A DNA stretch of 34,527 nt from an uncultured Pirellulales bacterium (GTDB lineage Bacteria > Planctomycetota > Phycisphaerae > Sedimentisphaerales > Anaerobacaceae): NCBI GenBank assembly GCA_964653945.1, contig CAZZHL010000001.1, positions 1 through 34,527 of the forward strand, written 5' to 3'. A program made the position numbers and the translations under genes. The notes under the pieces are model-generated. The model was not told where the DNA came from and ran no database searches. It saw only the letters and a list, made by a program, of their open reading frames with translations. Below, one piece after another: positions 1 to 9,080 of the stretch; positions within the stretch are counted from its first letter, which is position 1, and each line of letters begins with the position of its first letter.

Positions 1-63
1 AAGGCCGGTTTACTATATATGGTTCAATAAGAATTTAGAATTGAGAATGTAGAATTTAGAAAT

Positions 64-702
64 ATGACAAATCAGATTCAGTCAATCCCGTTGGATAAAC
101 TCGTGCCTCATCCGGATAATCCCAACAAGATGAGCAGGGCGACATTTGCAAAACTCGTTCGCAACATCAAGCGGACCGGCCGATATGAACCCTTGATTGT
201 CCGAACCTGCAAAGAGCAGGATTGTTTTCAAATCATCAACGGTCACCATCGCGCCCTTGCCTTAAAACAGCTCGGCAAAAAAGAAGCTGATTGTGTCGTT
301 TGGGATATCGACGATGGACAGGCCGACATACTGCTTGCAACGCTTAACCGTCTCTGCGGACAGGATGTGCTCGACAAGAAGCTTGCGCTTCTAAAACGGC
401 TCAGCGAAAAGATGCAGTCCTCGGAGCTTGCGAAACTGCTGCCGCAGACCAAAGCCCAGCTCGAAAAACTAACTAATCTGCATCTTTCACGAGTATCAAG
501 TATCGAGCATCGAGAATCGAGCTTCTTAAATCCTTTGGTATTTTTCGTAAGCGATGAGCAGCAGCAGGTTGTGGAAGCCGCATTTAGCGTCGCTATGCAA
601 AATGATGAAAGTCACTGTGGTAAATCCGCAACAAGAGCAGCAAGAAGGGCATCAGCTCTGTCTGCAATATTCCAGTATTACCTTGACGATAAACAGAAAT
701 AA
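64..702 (+). CDS. ParB/Srx-fold N-terminal domain protein (ParB-like nuclease domain)
   Basis: 212-aa ORF. IPLDKLVPHPDNPN...EPLIV...IINGHHRALALKQLG matches the ParB-like box with a GHHR motif. Confidence 0.75.
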   Translation: MTNQIQSIPLDKLVPHPDNPNKMSRATFAKLVRNIKRTGRYEPLIVRTCKEQDCFQIINGHHRALALKQLGKKEADCVVWDIDDGQADILLATLNRLCGQDVLDKKLALLKRLSEKMQSSELAKLLPQTKAQLEKLTNLHLSRVSSIEHRESSFLNPLVFFVSDEQQQVVEAAFSVAMQNDESHCGKSATRAARRASALSAIFQYYLDDKQK

Positions 703-738
703 ATCAAGGCTCTTTTGGGATTTAAGGAGTAATCATTA

Positions 739-1173
739 ATGGCCAAAATAAAGAAGCTCAAAAAGAAACAGCTTGCGGTGCTCGATGAGATATTTCTCGG
801 CGAATTGGATGAGCAGGCCGTGCTGGACAAATACAACGTCAGCAGAAACCAATATTACAAATGGCTGACTGATGATTGTTTTGCCGAGCAGTTCGACCGG
901 CGCATCGCCGCTTCCTATCGGCAGAGCGCCGCTTTGATTGCGAGGTACGCAACATTGGCCGCTGCTAAGCTTGTCCAGCTCACCGAATCGGAGAATCAGG
1001 AGACCGCCCGCAAGGCCTGCCTCGATATTATCTCTATGCAGGGCAAGACTTCAGACCCAGGACACAAGACCACAGACCCTGAAAATATGACCCCTACTTC
1101 TTCACTATCGCCCGAAACCGCCAGCAAAATCCTTGAAGTCCTGGCACAACAACAGAAGACAGAGGACAGATGA
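739..1173 (+). CDS. Hypothetical small HTH protein (possible small-terminase-like DNA-recognition protein)
   Basis: 144-aa ORF with AAGGAG at 724-729, 9 nt before the ATG. LDKYNVSRNQYYKWL looks like an HTH. The position between the ParB-like gene and TerL is suggestive only. Confidence 0.5.
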   Translation: MAKIKKLKKKQLAVLDEIFLGELDEQAVLDKYNVSRNQYYKWLTDDCFAEQFDRRIAASYRQSAALIARYATLAAAKLVQLTESENQETARKACLDIISMQGKTSDPGHKTTDPENMTPTSSLSPETASKILEVLAQQQKTEDR

Positions 1174-1216
1174 CAGAAAGCAGATGACGGATGAACAGAG
1201 TATCAGAAAATCAGCA

Positions 1217-1303
1217 GAACAGGTTGGCCGAGCGGCTTAATTCAACGGTTTTCAAAACCGTTTTCCGCTTCCGCAGAACGGCGGTTAGAATCCCTCCTGC
1301 TCC
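1217..1303 (+). tRNA. tRNA-like cloverleaf, class II (long variable arm), anticodon loop TT-TCA-AA (UCA: Sec or opal-suppressor type); non-canonical, possibly a pseudogene
   Basis: Closing stem GAACAGG(1217-1223)/CCTGCTC(1296-1302), 6 of 7 pairs. D-like hairpin GGCC-GAGC-GGCT within a GGCCGAGCGG box. Perfect 6-bp stem AACGGT/ACCGTT around loop TTTCAAA (1250-1256). Variable hairpin TTCCGC-TTCC-GCAGAA. T-like arm GGCGG-TTAGAAT-CCCTC has a C.C mismatch and A in place of C56. The D-to-anticodon junction is too long for a standard tRNA. Confidence 0.35.
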
Positions 1304-1549
1304 GGTTGAGAGTTCGACTCCAGCGATATTATTAAACTTTTTGCCCGAAATCTTTAATGAGAATCCGCAAATTAAACCAAAGTTTAATAAGCTATAAACC
1401 CTTGATAACAAATAAGATATGGATTCGTGATAACTTGCTACACCAATGACATTTACAATCAGAGAACCAAAAACTATGGGAAAACGTCAAAAGTATTCTA
1501 AAGGACTTGCTCTTAAGTCATTATAAAGGAAAAACTTAAAGCAATTTAC

Positions 1550-1578
1550 TTGACAGGCTGATAAGCATCGTGTATAAT
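1550..1578 (+). promoter_or_regulatory. sigma70-type promoter upstream of hicB
   Basis: TTGACA (1550-1555), 17 nt, then TGTATAAT (extended -10; TATAAT at 1573-1578). Confidence 0.6.
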
Positions 1579-1726
1579 TTTGTTAGATTTGGTTTTGAAA
1601 AAAGCTTTTTTCAAACTAAAATCGTCTCCTACGGATAGTTGGGCTTGAACGCAGGAAAATAATGTTGTTATATGCAAAAAGCTCTTTAGCTATTTATATA
1701 TCACTTATACGAGATTATTAAAGAAA

Positions 1727-2119
1727 ATGAGACAACGAATAAGCAAATCTATGTCATTTAGAACTTGTGTGTATCCTTCTCCGGATGAAAAGGGGCGTTT
1801 CATCGCTCATTGTCTCGAATTGGACCTCGTTGGTGAGGGTGCAAATGTTGAAGATGCCATATCTTCGCTTCTGGAAGTAATTGAGACACAAATAGAATCT
1901 TGTCAAGAAACAAGGGCTCAATTTTTGTTTTTTGCACCCGCTCAGATTTGGCAAAAATACCAACTAGCCAGAAGAGCAAATCGTAGAATAGCAGCCGAGC
2001 TTTTAGAACGTATTGTCGAAAGAGCTAACCAACGTCTCGGCTATACTGTATCTTCGGATGTGTTTGATAATATCGTTGGAACGAAAGAGATCCCAGATGA
2101 ATGTCTGGCAACAGTGTAA
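1727..2119 (+). CDS. hicB: HicB-like antitoxin
   Basis: 130-aa ORF. The N-terminal VYPSPDEKGRFIAHCLELDLVGEGANVEDAISSLLEVIE matches the HicB/UPF0150 fold pattern. It overlaps the downstream HicA-like ORF by 19 nt. Confidence 0.65.
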   Translation: MRQRISKSMSFRTCVYPSPDEKGRFIAHCLELDLVGEGANVEDAISSLLEVIETQIESCQETRAQFLFFAPAQIWQKYQLARRANRRIAAELLERIVERANQRLGYTVSSDVFDNIVGTKEIPDECLATV

Positions 2120-2361
2120 TCATACCTAAAACGATTCGGTTTTCTTTACTTAAAAGGCAACTCAAGAAATATCGGATTTATTGGGAGCCTCGTAAGGGCA
2201 AAGGAGGCCATGGAAGCTTTGTCGGACCTGATAAAGATAGTAATAAACAGTCTTTCCCTTTACCTTCAAACCAACACAAAGAGGTGCGAAAAACATATCT
2301 AAAAGCGCTTTGTCGACGTTTTCAACTGGATGCTAGTCAATTGCTCAGGCAGGACAGGTAA
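2101..2361 (+). CDS. hicA: HicA-like mRNA interferase toxin
   Basis: 86-aa basic ORF. GKGGHGSF...FPLPSNQHKEVRKTYLKALCRRFQL resembles the HicA G-K-G-S-H ... vP.h.kel..g.l..il pattern. It overlaps hicB. Confidence 0.6.
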   Translation: MSGNSVIIPKTIRFSLLKRQLKKYRIYWEPRKGKGGHGSFVGPDKDSNKQSFPLPSNQHKEVRKTYLKALCRRFQLDASQLLRQDR

Positions 2362-2387
2362 TAGGCCGGCTGCTGGCGCTGGCCACA

Positions 2388-2455
2388 TCAAGCAAAGTCC
2401 TCGAAGTCCTGGCACAGGAGGCGAATGATGAAAATCAGTCAAAATAGGCAGAATC
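2388..2455 (+). repeat. Diverged duplicate of the 3' end of ORF 739..1173 (right copy of a direct repeat)
   Basis: AGCAAAGTCCTCGAAGTCCTGGCACA matches AGCAAAATCCTTGAAGTCCTGGCACA at 1124-1149 at 24 of 26 positions. In frame it reads SKVLEVLAQ versus ASKILEVLAQ. GAAAATCAG..CAGAA(T/C) also recurs. Confidence 0.7.
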
Positions 2456-2555
2456 CAATGTCCTTATTAAACTTATGTTTAATAAAACTTCAGAAAACAA
2501 ACCTTTCGCCAGGTAGTGTTATTACTCTGCGGATGAGGGTGTTTCATGAAAATTC

Positions 2556-2584
2556 TTGCAATTTTAGGGTGAATCAGGTATCAT
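2556..2584 (+). promoter_or_regulatory. sigma70-type promoter upstream of the glycosidase gene
   Basis: TTGCAA (2556-2561), 17 nt, TATCAT (2579-2584). Confidence 0.45.
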
Positions 2585-2678
2585 AATAATAAGTTATAAA
2601 TGGAGGCTTGAAAGCTCTTATCATTTAACTGTTCATCAGGAAAAATTAGTTTTTCACCTTCAAGCACATAAAAGTAAA

Positions 2679-5474
2679 ATGCGTACGAAAACAAATATTC
2701 GGTTGGGGGTTTTCATGTTTTTGGCGGTATTCGCTGTCGCGCCTTCCGTTACCAGGAGCAGCAGCTGGGCTCCCTTCGTGATACCGGCTCAGCAGGACGC
2801 AAATTCGCTTATAGCGGTGGAAAATGAGCCGATTGGCCTCGATAGTAACAGAATCACGGCAGTTGCAGACCATTTTTACCGGGACGGCCAGAGAATAAAA
2901 ATATTGGGAGTAAACTTCTCTTTCGCCGGCAATTTCCCAAGTCATACCGATGCAGCCGTTTCAGCGGAACGACTGGCGGCGGCAGGTATAAACTCTGTTC
3001 GCTGCCATCACATGGATACAGCAAATTATCCCAGCGGACTTTGGCATCCTTCAAACGGACAAACGATATATCCTGAGGCGATGGACCGATTGGATTACTA
3101 TATCAACGAATTAGCCAGTGAAGGAATTTACATCAACCTGAATCTTCACGTCGGCCGGGAGCACAGCCAATACTTGGGTTTACCTGAACCTGATATCGGC
3201 TACGATAAAATTGTGGGTATTTTCACGCCGGCTTTAGTACAGGCCCAAAAGGACTTCGCCCAAGAGATGCTCGAACATGTAAATCCATATCGCGGCGTTC
3301 GCTACGCCGATGACCCGGCTATCGCCTTTGTTGAGATAACCAACGAGGACAGCTTCTTTATGTGGGGCTCGATGGATACCCTGCGAAACCTGCCAAGCTA
3401 CTATGCGGACATACTACAGCAAATGTATAACGACTGGCTGGGCGATGAATACGGCGATACAAATAATTTGAGAAATTACTGGAACAGTAACATCGAGCCG
3501 CCGGGCGAGAATGTTCTAACGAGTTTCGTGGACCACTTCAAGGACCCGAGTGTTCATCCTGATGACAAATGGTATCTGGAAGAGCACGCCGATTGCAATG
3601 CGTTATTTGTATACGACAGTAATTACTTATCACAACCATGCGCTAAATTTATCATAGATGTAACGGACCCGGACAACTGGCATCTGCAAATCACGCAAAG
3701 CAATCTTCAAATTGTAGAAGGCCAATATTACACGCTTAGCTTCGATGCTGTTGCCGAGCTGCCGCGTACGATTTGGTGCAATGTTATGCAGCATCACGAC
3801 CCATGGAGCAATCTCGGTTTATACGCCACGGTTGAGTTAGACACCACCTGGCAAAATTACAGTTACGGATTCGTTGCCAACGCCGATGATTCAAACGGCC
3901 GAGTTACTTTCAGCTTCGGCGGCGGAGATACGACGACATTTTACCTGGCCAATCCGCAATTGTACACCGGTGGGCAAATAGGGCTTATGGAAGACGAGTT
4001 TATCGAGACAGGTACTGTGCGTCTGTTTGTCGACCGCGAAGCTAAAGAGCGGCAAATTGACCGTTTGCGATTTCTCGCTGAGATGGAAAAGGCCTATTTC
4101 GACGATATGCGAAGTTACATAAAGGACGACCTTGGTTGTGATGCTCTCGTTACCGGCACAATTGTCTTCGGCCCGTTAGGGTTATTTGCCCAAAGCGATA
4201 TGGATTTTATCGACGCTCATGCCTATTGGCAGCATCCATGGTTTCCCGGAACGCCGTGGGACCCTGACAACTGGCTTATCGAGCAAAAGCCGATGGCCGA
4301 CTATATCAATGAAGCCACCTTGTTCGGCCTTGCGGGCTGTCGGCTCGGCAAGGGCTCCAATTATCCCGGCAAACCATTTACGGTCACCGAATACAATCAT
4401 TCAGCTCCACTGGATACCCAGGCCTCATGCGTACCGATGCTTACCAGCTTTGCTGCTGCTCAGGACTGGGACGGCTTGTGGATTTATTCCTATACACACA
4501 GCTCTGATGACTGGAATGATAATTATTTTAATGGTTTCTTTGATATTCTTCACAATTCCGCTAAGTGGGGCTTTGTACCGGCAGGGGCTACTATATTTCG
4601 ATACAGCGGGATTGAGCCGGTTGGAGACACATATTATTACGCTGCTTTAACGGATGCGAATGACAATTTGGTACCTATAGCGGACTTGCATCTTAAGTAT
4701 GACAGGGACATGTTCGGTGTCCTCGCAGAAAACTCGGGCTTTGGCCGACAAGATTTTCTTGCCCAGCGTATTGCCAATTCTCTTTATGAGACCGGCAGCA
4801 TCTATTCACCGAATGAGCCGAATCGAACCGTGCTGGATTGGGAGATTAGCGATGGCAATGGCATATATTCTGCGAAGGGCAATTCGGCGTGGGTCTATGT
4901 CGGCCATCGGGGAAAATTTGCCGCTGCAAGCGACAACAAGATAGAAGTCAGTGAGCCGAATTATGCTGCGATTACCATAACATCCTTAAATCCGGACTGC
5001 ATAAAAGTGCCGCTGCCGCAAAGGCAAAAGATTCTCATAACAGCCTGTGGCCGATGCGAAAATACCGGCATGGTATTTTCCGAGGACCGAAGAACCGTAG
5101 GGTCAAACTGGGGATGGGCTCCGGTCCAAATCGAGACGGTGTCCGCCACAATAAGATTGCCGCTTAAAGGACTGAGCTGCTTTGCTTTGGCGCCTGACGG
5201 GACGATTAAATCAACCGTACCAACGACGGTCGAAAATGACCAGACGGTTGTCGAAATACTGCCGGCGTATGAGACTATGTGGTACTTGCTGGTTGAGTCC
5301 GGCGACCTTAACGATGATGGCAAAGTCACCTTCAAGGATTTTTGCGAGCTAAGTCAATACTGGCTGCAGGACGAACCATCGGTCGACATATCACCACTGC
5401 CTTTTGGCGATGGTATTGTGAACTTCGCAGACCTTGCTATTTTCGTCGAAAACTGGCTGGCTGGTACTGAATAA
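2679..5474 (+). CDS. Secreted clan GH-A (GH5-like) glycoside hydrolase with an inserted CBM4/9-like module and a C-terminal dockerin-like domain
   Basis: 931 aa. Signal peptide MRTKTNIRLGVFMFLAVFAVAPS. Candidate acid/base in VEITNEDSFF and nucleophile in FTVTEYNHS. The CBM-like segment is WHLQITQSNLQIVEGQYYTLSFDA...WQNYSYGF. Two dockerin-like loops: DLNDDGKVTFKDF and GDGIVNFADL. Confidence 0.85.
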   Translation: MRTKTNIRLGVFMFLAVFAVAPSVTRSSSWAPFVIPAQQDANSLIAVENEPIGLDSNRITAVADHFYRDGQRIKILGVNFSFAGNFPSHTDAAVSAERLAAAGINSVRCHHMDTANYPSGLWHPSNGQTIYPEAMDRLDYYINELASEGIYINLNLHVGREHSQYLGLPEPDIGYDKIVGIFTPALVQAQKDFAQEMLEHVNPYRGVRYADDPAIAFVEITNEDSFFMWGSMDTLRNLPSYYADILQQMYNDWLGDEYGDTNNLRNYWNSNIEPPGENVLTSFVDHFKDPSVHPDDKWYLEEHADCNALFVYDSNYLSQPCAKFIIDVTDPDNWHLQITQSNLQIVEGQYYTLSFDAVAELPRTIWCNVMQHHDPWSNLGLYATVELDTTWQNYSYGFVANADDSNGRVTFSFGGGDTTTFYLANPQLYTGGQIGLMEDEFIETGTVRLFVDREAKERQIDRLRFLAEMEKAYFDDMRSYIKDDLGCDALVTGTIVFGPLGLFAQSDMDFIDAHAYWQHPWFPGTPWDPDNWLIEQKPMADYINEATLFGLAGCRLGKGSNYPGKPFTVTEYNHSAPLDTQASCVPMLTSFAAAQDWDGLWIYSYTHSSDDWNDNYFNGFFDILHNSAKWGFVPAGATIFRYSGIEPVGDTYYYAALTDANDNLVPIADLHLKYDRDMFGVLAENSGFGRQDFLAQRIANSLYETGSIYSPNEPNRTVLDWEISDGNGIYSAKGNSAWVYVGHRGKFAAASDNKIEVSEPNYAAITITSLNPDCIKVPLPQRQKILITACGRCENTGMVFSEDRRTVGSNWGWAPVQIETVSATIRLPLKGLSCFALAPDGTIKSTVPTTVENDQTVVEILPAYETMWYLLVESGDLNDDGKVTFKDFCELSQYWLQDEPSVDISPLPFGDGIVNFADLAIFVENWLAGTE

Positions 5475-5764
5475 ACAAAGACGTCATCGCTGCACGGCAT
5501 TGCGGAAACTATATATGATTAAAAAAAAGAGAGACGAAGGCCCACGCTTTATTTTTTCTTTGGGCAATGCGCCTGGACCCGTCTCTCTCTATGTTATAGG
5601 ATATCTCTTCAGGCCGGCCCACGCAGCACAACCTGCAGAGACTACCCCTATATAAAATATAAACCATTTTTTGGCGCGTGACGGAAAAAAATAAAAATTT
5701 TTCTCATAGTCAAGGCCGATCATAAAGCCATGCCAATATTTAATCCCTAAGGAGGGTAATCACT

Positions 5765-7300
5765 ATGGCAATCTCAACATTATATGAACCGAAATCTACA
5801 GGGCTACAGAGAGCCGCACACATCTATCGCCAACTAAGACGCACACTGCCGATAACAAGGCGGGATTTGAAAAATTACGTCAAGGTCTTTTTGGGCATCG
5901 ACGTCCCGGACGAAAGAATCTGCCCGGAGCATAACGCGCCTATGGACTATCTCTGGCATAGCTTCACATCGGACAAGGGAATTTTCGATTTGCAATCTTC
6001 GATTGTCGATTTTAAGAGTCATGAGCAACGAGCGACGGGTAATGCCGATTGTGTCGTTTGGGCCAACCGAGCAGGCGGCAAGACCGAATTAGCAGCCGTC
6101 GCAACGCTGTTGGACTGCATCTTCAAGAACAACTGTTTCGTCAGAATCCTCGGCGGCTCAGGCGAGCAGTCCGGCAGGATGTATGAATATATGACCAGCT
6201 TTCTAAATAATGGCTTCGATGAGTTTCTCGACGGCCCTGCGCTTAAAACAAAATGCCGATTTATCAACGGCTCATCCATCGAGGTCCTGACACAGTCGGC
6301 AACCAGCGTTCGCGGCCAGCACATCCAGAAGCTCCGCTGCGATGAGGTCGAGCTTTTCGATGAGAATGTCTTTTCTGCTGCGAAGTTCACAACACAAAGC
6401 ACGGACAATATCACCGCTGCGATGGAGACAATCAGCACGATGCACCGCCCTTGTGGCCTGATGCAGAAGATTGTCTCATCTGCAGAAAAGTTTAATACAC
6501 CCATCTTTAAATGGTGCATCTGGGAGGTGATTGAAAGATGCACCGACAGAAACTGCTCGCAGTGTCCGTTATGGAGCGATTGTCAGGGCAAGGCAAAACG
6601 GGCAGATGGCTATTTGAAGATTGACGATTGCATTACACAGATGCGTCGTGCGAGCAGAGCCGCTTTCGAGGCGGAGATGCTATGCAAAAGACCTTCGCTG
6701 GAAAATGTCGTCTTCAATGAGTTCGACCCCGCCCTGCACGTCAAATCCATCGACTATGACCCGAACCTGCCTTTGTACCGCTCGCTCGATTTCGGCTTTG
6801 TCAACCCGTTCGTATGTCTGTGGATTCAGGTCGATAGCGCAGGCGTCGTACGCATTATAGATGAGTATGTCCGCACAAGGGCAACGGTTGATGTCCACGC
6901 CGATGAGTTGAAAAAAAGAACGCCCTGCAGCGAAGAAAAGGTCGCTGCTACTTTTTGCGACCCCGCCGGAGCCGGTGTGAATGACGTTACCGGTACGAGC
7001 ATTGTTCGTGAGCTGCGGGCTATGGGGATAGCGACGCGTTTCAGGCGAAGCGGTATCTTGGAGGGCATCGAGCTTATCCGAAGGGCCATCCGCTGCGGCG
7101 ACGGCAGAAGCTCGCTTGTTATCTCACCCAGATGTCCACGCCTGATAGAGGCCTTGCAGTGCTATCATTACCCCGATTTCGGGGCCGAAAACAGCGAATT
7201 ACCCCTAAAAGACGGCATTTACGACCATCCCATCGACGCTTTGCGCTATTTCTTTATAAACCACGCACAACCTGCCAAAACCACTTCAAGAAGATACTAA
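5765..7300 (+). CDS. Phage terminase large subunit (TerL)
   Basis: 511 aa with AAGGAGGG at 5749-5756. Walker A-like ANRAGGKTELAA and Walker B LRCDEVELF. Nuclease-domain acidic motifs are SLDFGFVNPF, FCDPAGAG and YDHPIDALRYF. All motifs are intact. Confidence 0.9.
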   Translation: MAISTLYEPKSTGLQRAAHIYRQLRRTLPITRRDLKNYVKVFLGIDVPDERICPEHNAPMDYLWHSFTSDKGIFDLQSSIVDFKSHEQRATGNADCVVWANRAGGKTELAAVATLLDCIFKNNCFVRILGGSGEQSGRMYEYMTSFLNNGFDEFLDGPALKTKCRFINGSSIEVLTQSATSVRGQHIQKLRCDEVELFDENVFSAAKFTTQSTDNITAAMETISTMHRPCGLMQKIVSSAEKFNTPIFKWCIWEVIERCTDRNCSQCPLWSDCQGKAKRADGYLKIDDCITQMRRASRAAFEAEMLCKRPSLENVVFNEFDPALHVKSIDYDPNLPLYRSLDFGFVNPFVCLWIQVDSAGVVRIIDEYVRTRATVDVHADELKKRTPCSEEKVAATFCDPAGAGVNDVTGTSIVRELRAMGIATRFRRSGILEGIELIRRAIRCGDGRSSLVISPRCPRLIEALQCYHYPDFGAENSELPLKDGIYDHPIDALRYFFINHAQPAKTTSRRY

Positions 7301-7340
7301 TCCCAGCCATCCACTTGTCATTTTGAGCGGGCACCCCTTT

Positions 7341-7464
7341 GTCATTCTGGGCGAAACGAAGTGAAGCGAAGAATCCGGGAACCGAATGGAAATTTACCTT
7401 TGCAGGCCAGATCCTTCGCTCCAGCCTTCGCTGAAGCTACGGCAGACAAGCCGCTCAGGATGAC
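7341..7464. repeat. REP-like imperfect palindrome just after the terminase stop
   Basis: GTCATTCTGGGCG (7341-7353) pairs with CGCTCAGGATGAC (7452-7464). Inner arms AGCGAAGAATC and GATCCTTCGCT also pair. It carries the CTTCGC / GCTACGGCAGAC words seen elsewhere in the window. Confidence 0.6.
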
Positions 7465-7497
7465 AGTAAAAACGCTCATTTTAAGATATTTATTCCC

Positions 7498-7526
7498 TTG
7501 ACATTTGTCTCATAATTTGGTACATA
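7498..7526 (+). promoter_or_regulatory. sigma70-type promoter upstream of the FGE-PEP-CTERM gene
   Basis: TTGACA (7498-7503), 17 nt, TACATA (7521-7526). Confidence 0.5.
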
Positions 7527-7638
7527 ATAGTTCAGCTTCAAGGATGGCGAGTGAGGAAGCTCGGCGGAGCCCATTTCAAGCTTTCCACGCAAAAGTTACA
7601 TTTTAATACCAAAGAATGATCCTTTAGGAAGATGGGCG

Positions 7639-8496
7639 ATGAAAGAAAGACTTTTTTCGGTGATTGTGTGTGTGATGGTAGTAGTGGATATTGCTTCAGC
7701 TGACTTCATACGCGGCATAGACATTGATTTCGTGACCATCGGCAATGCGGGCAACGCGCCCGACACAAGGATTATGAGTGATGGTACTACTGGTTACGGT
7801 GCTGTAGATTACGATTACCGTATTGGCAAGTATGAGATTACTGCTTACCAATGGCAAACAATCAATATTGCCGCGGGAATTGGTGATCCGGGGCATTGGA
7901 GCGGCAATCAGCCGGTGGCTTATATTTCCTGGTATGATGCAGTTCGATTCTGTAACTATCTGACTACAGGAAATACCGAGGATGGAGTTTACAAGTTTTC
8001 CGGAGGTTCACTCACAGATATTATGGATCATGAACTGGCAGGTTCGGCCTATGGAGTTGCATACTTTCTGCCGACCGAAGATGAGTGGTACAAAGCGGCT
8101 TATTATATCGGTAGCGGTTATAGCCTTTATTCTAACGGTGAGGACACGCTTCCCGACGCTGACAATGGTTGGAATTATTCCGGCGGTTTGTATGAAGATC
8201 CCTGGCATGTTGGAACAGGCACGGAAGAACGGAATGGCACCTTCGATATGACGGGCAATGTCTGGGAATGGAATGAAACTTTAATTCTGCCTTTCGGAAC
8301 TTTCCCTCGAGGCGTGCGTGGTGGCTCATACGGCTACTATGGTGACATAGAATGGATCGGTGCGAATTGGCGTTCATTTGCCCACCCACCAGACAGCGAA
8401 CAATCTTTCGTAGGTTTTCGTGTCGCCTCTGTCCCTGAACCCGCCACGGTTTTGCTGCTCGGCCTTGGCGGACTTTCCCTGCGTCGTCGCAAATAA
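7639..8496 (+). CDS. Formylglycine-generating-enzyme (SUMF1/FGE-sulfatase) domain protein with a PEP-CTERM anchor
   Basis: 285 aa with a signal peptide. YRIGKYEITAYQW, PVAYISWYDAVRFCNYL, LPTEDEWYKAAY, GNVWEWNE and RGGSY are the FGE-family blocks. The C-terminus VPEPATVLLLGLGGLSLRRRK is a PEP-CTERM sorting signal. Confidence 0.85.
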   Translation: MKERLFSVIVCVMVVVDIASADFIRGIDIDFVTIGNAGNAPDTRIMSDGTTGYGAVDYDYRIGKYEITAYQWQTINIAAGIGDPGHWSGNQPVAYISWYDAVRFCNYLTTGNTEDGVYKFSGGSLTDIMDHELAGSAYGVAYFLPTEDEWYKAAYYIGSGYSLYSNGEDTLPDADNGWNYSGGLYEDPWHVGTGTEERNGTFDMTGNVWEWNETLILPFGTFPRGVRGGSYGYYGDIEWIGANWRSFAHPPDSEQSFVGFRVASVPEPATVLLLGLGGLSLRRRK

Positions 8497-8564
8497 ACTT
8501 CCGTCTTTGAACGTTAATTTCCCTTTGCAAAGCAGCAACTCTTAGGCACAACGAAGTTTTATTA

Positions 8565-8867
8565 TCAATTGGCTTTTGGCGTCTTGGAAATAATCTCTTT
8601 TACCTCTGATGAACTAAAGGCCGGCAGGGTCTGTGTCCTCACGTTTCCAAGCGACGCAAGCCCAAGCAATGCCGCAGCGACCGCCTTATCATCAGGGGCC
8701 TCCAAAATCATCACCGCATCGTGAGCTCCTATTGTCCAATAGATCTCTTTCATTTTTACCCCCACACCATCAGCCATGGCCTTGAATTGAGCCGCCCTGT
8801 CCGCGGTAGCATGGAAATTCCGCACTCCCTGTTCAGTGAAATTTACAAGAGATATAAATGTGGCCAT
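8565..8867 (-). CDS. GYD-domain protein
   Basis: 100 aa. MATFISLVNFTEQGV...YWTIGAHDAVMILEAPDD...ALLGLASLGNVRTQTL fits the GYD family pattern. Confidence 0.75.
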   Translation of the reverse strand: MATFISLVNFTEQGVRNFHATADRAAQFKAMADGVGVKMKEIYWTIGAHDAVMILEAPDDKAVAAALLGLASLGNVRTQTLPAFSSSEVKEIISKTPKAN

Positions 8868-9020
8868 AATTAGCCTCCTTTCTCTAACATCTGATTTTTC
8901 AATAACTATCCAGCTATTTTATACCGACATAAGCAAACCGAAAGCGTGAATTGCCTAAAGTTGTGGATTATTTTTTGCTTTAGCTCACTTTTCTTTTCTA
9001 TGTGCCGTCTTTAGTTTTCT

Positions 9021-9049
9021 TTGACTTGTAGCAAAATCTCTTATATACT
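9021..9049 (+). promoter_or_regulatory. sigma70-type promoter upstream of ORF 9081
   Basis: TTGACT (9021-9026), 17 nt, TATACT (9044-9049). Confidence 0.55.
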
Positions 9050-9080
9050 GTAGGAGGTCAAGAATTATGGTGGCAAAGCT

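Noticed and set aside
1308-1326. A second T-arm-like string, GAGAGTTCGACTCCAGC, as the true 3' end of the tRNA
   Set aside because: The flanks of the TTCGACT loop cannot pair: GAGAG versus CCAGC gives only 2 of 5 pairs. No matching acceptor strand exists. It is treated as a possible remnant.
1191-1411. ORFs 1191..1397(+) and 1211..1411(-)
   Set aside because: They overlap each other and the tRNA-like cloverleaf, and they have no ribosome-binding site.
4186-5335. Alternative-frame and antisense ORFs inside the glycosidase gene (4186..4650, 4699..4944, 4961..5335)
   Set aside because: They are fully nested in a 931-aa ORF that has clear domain motifs.
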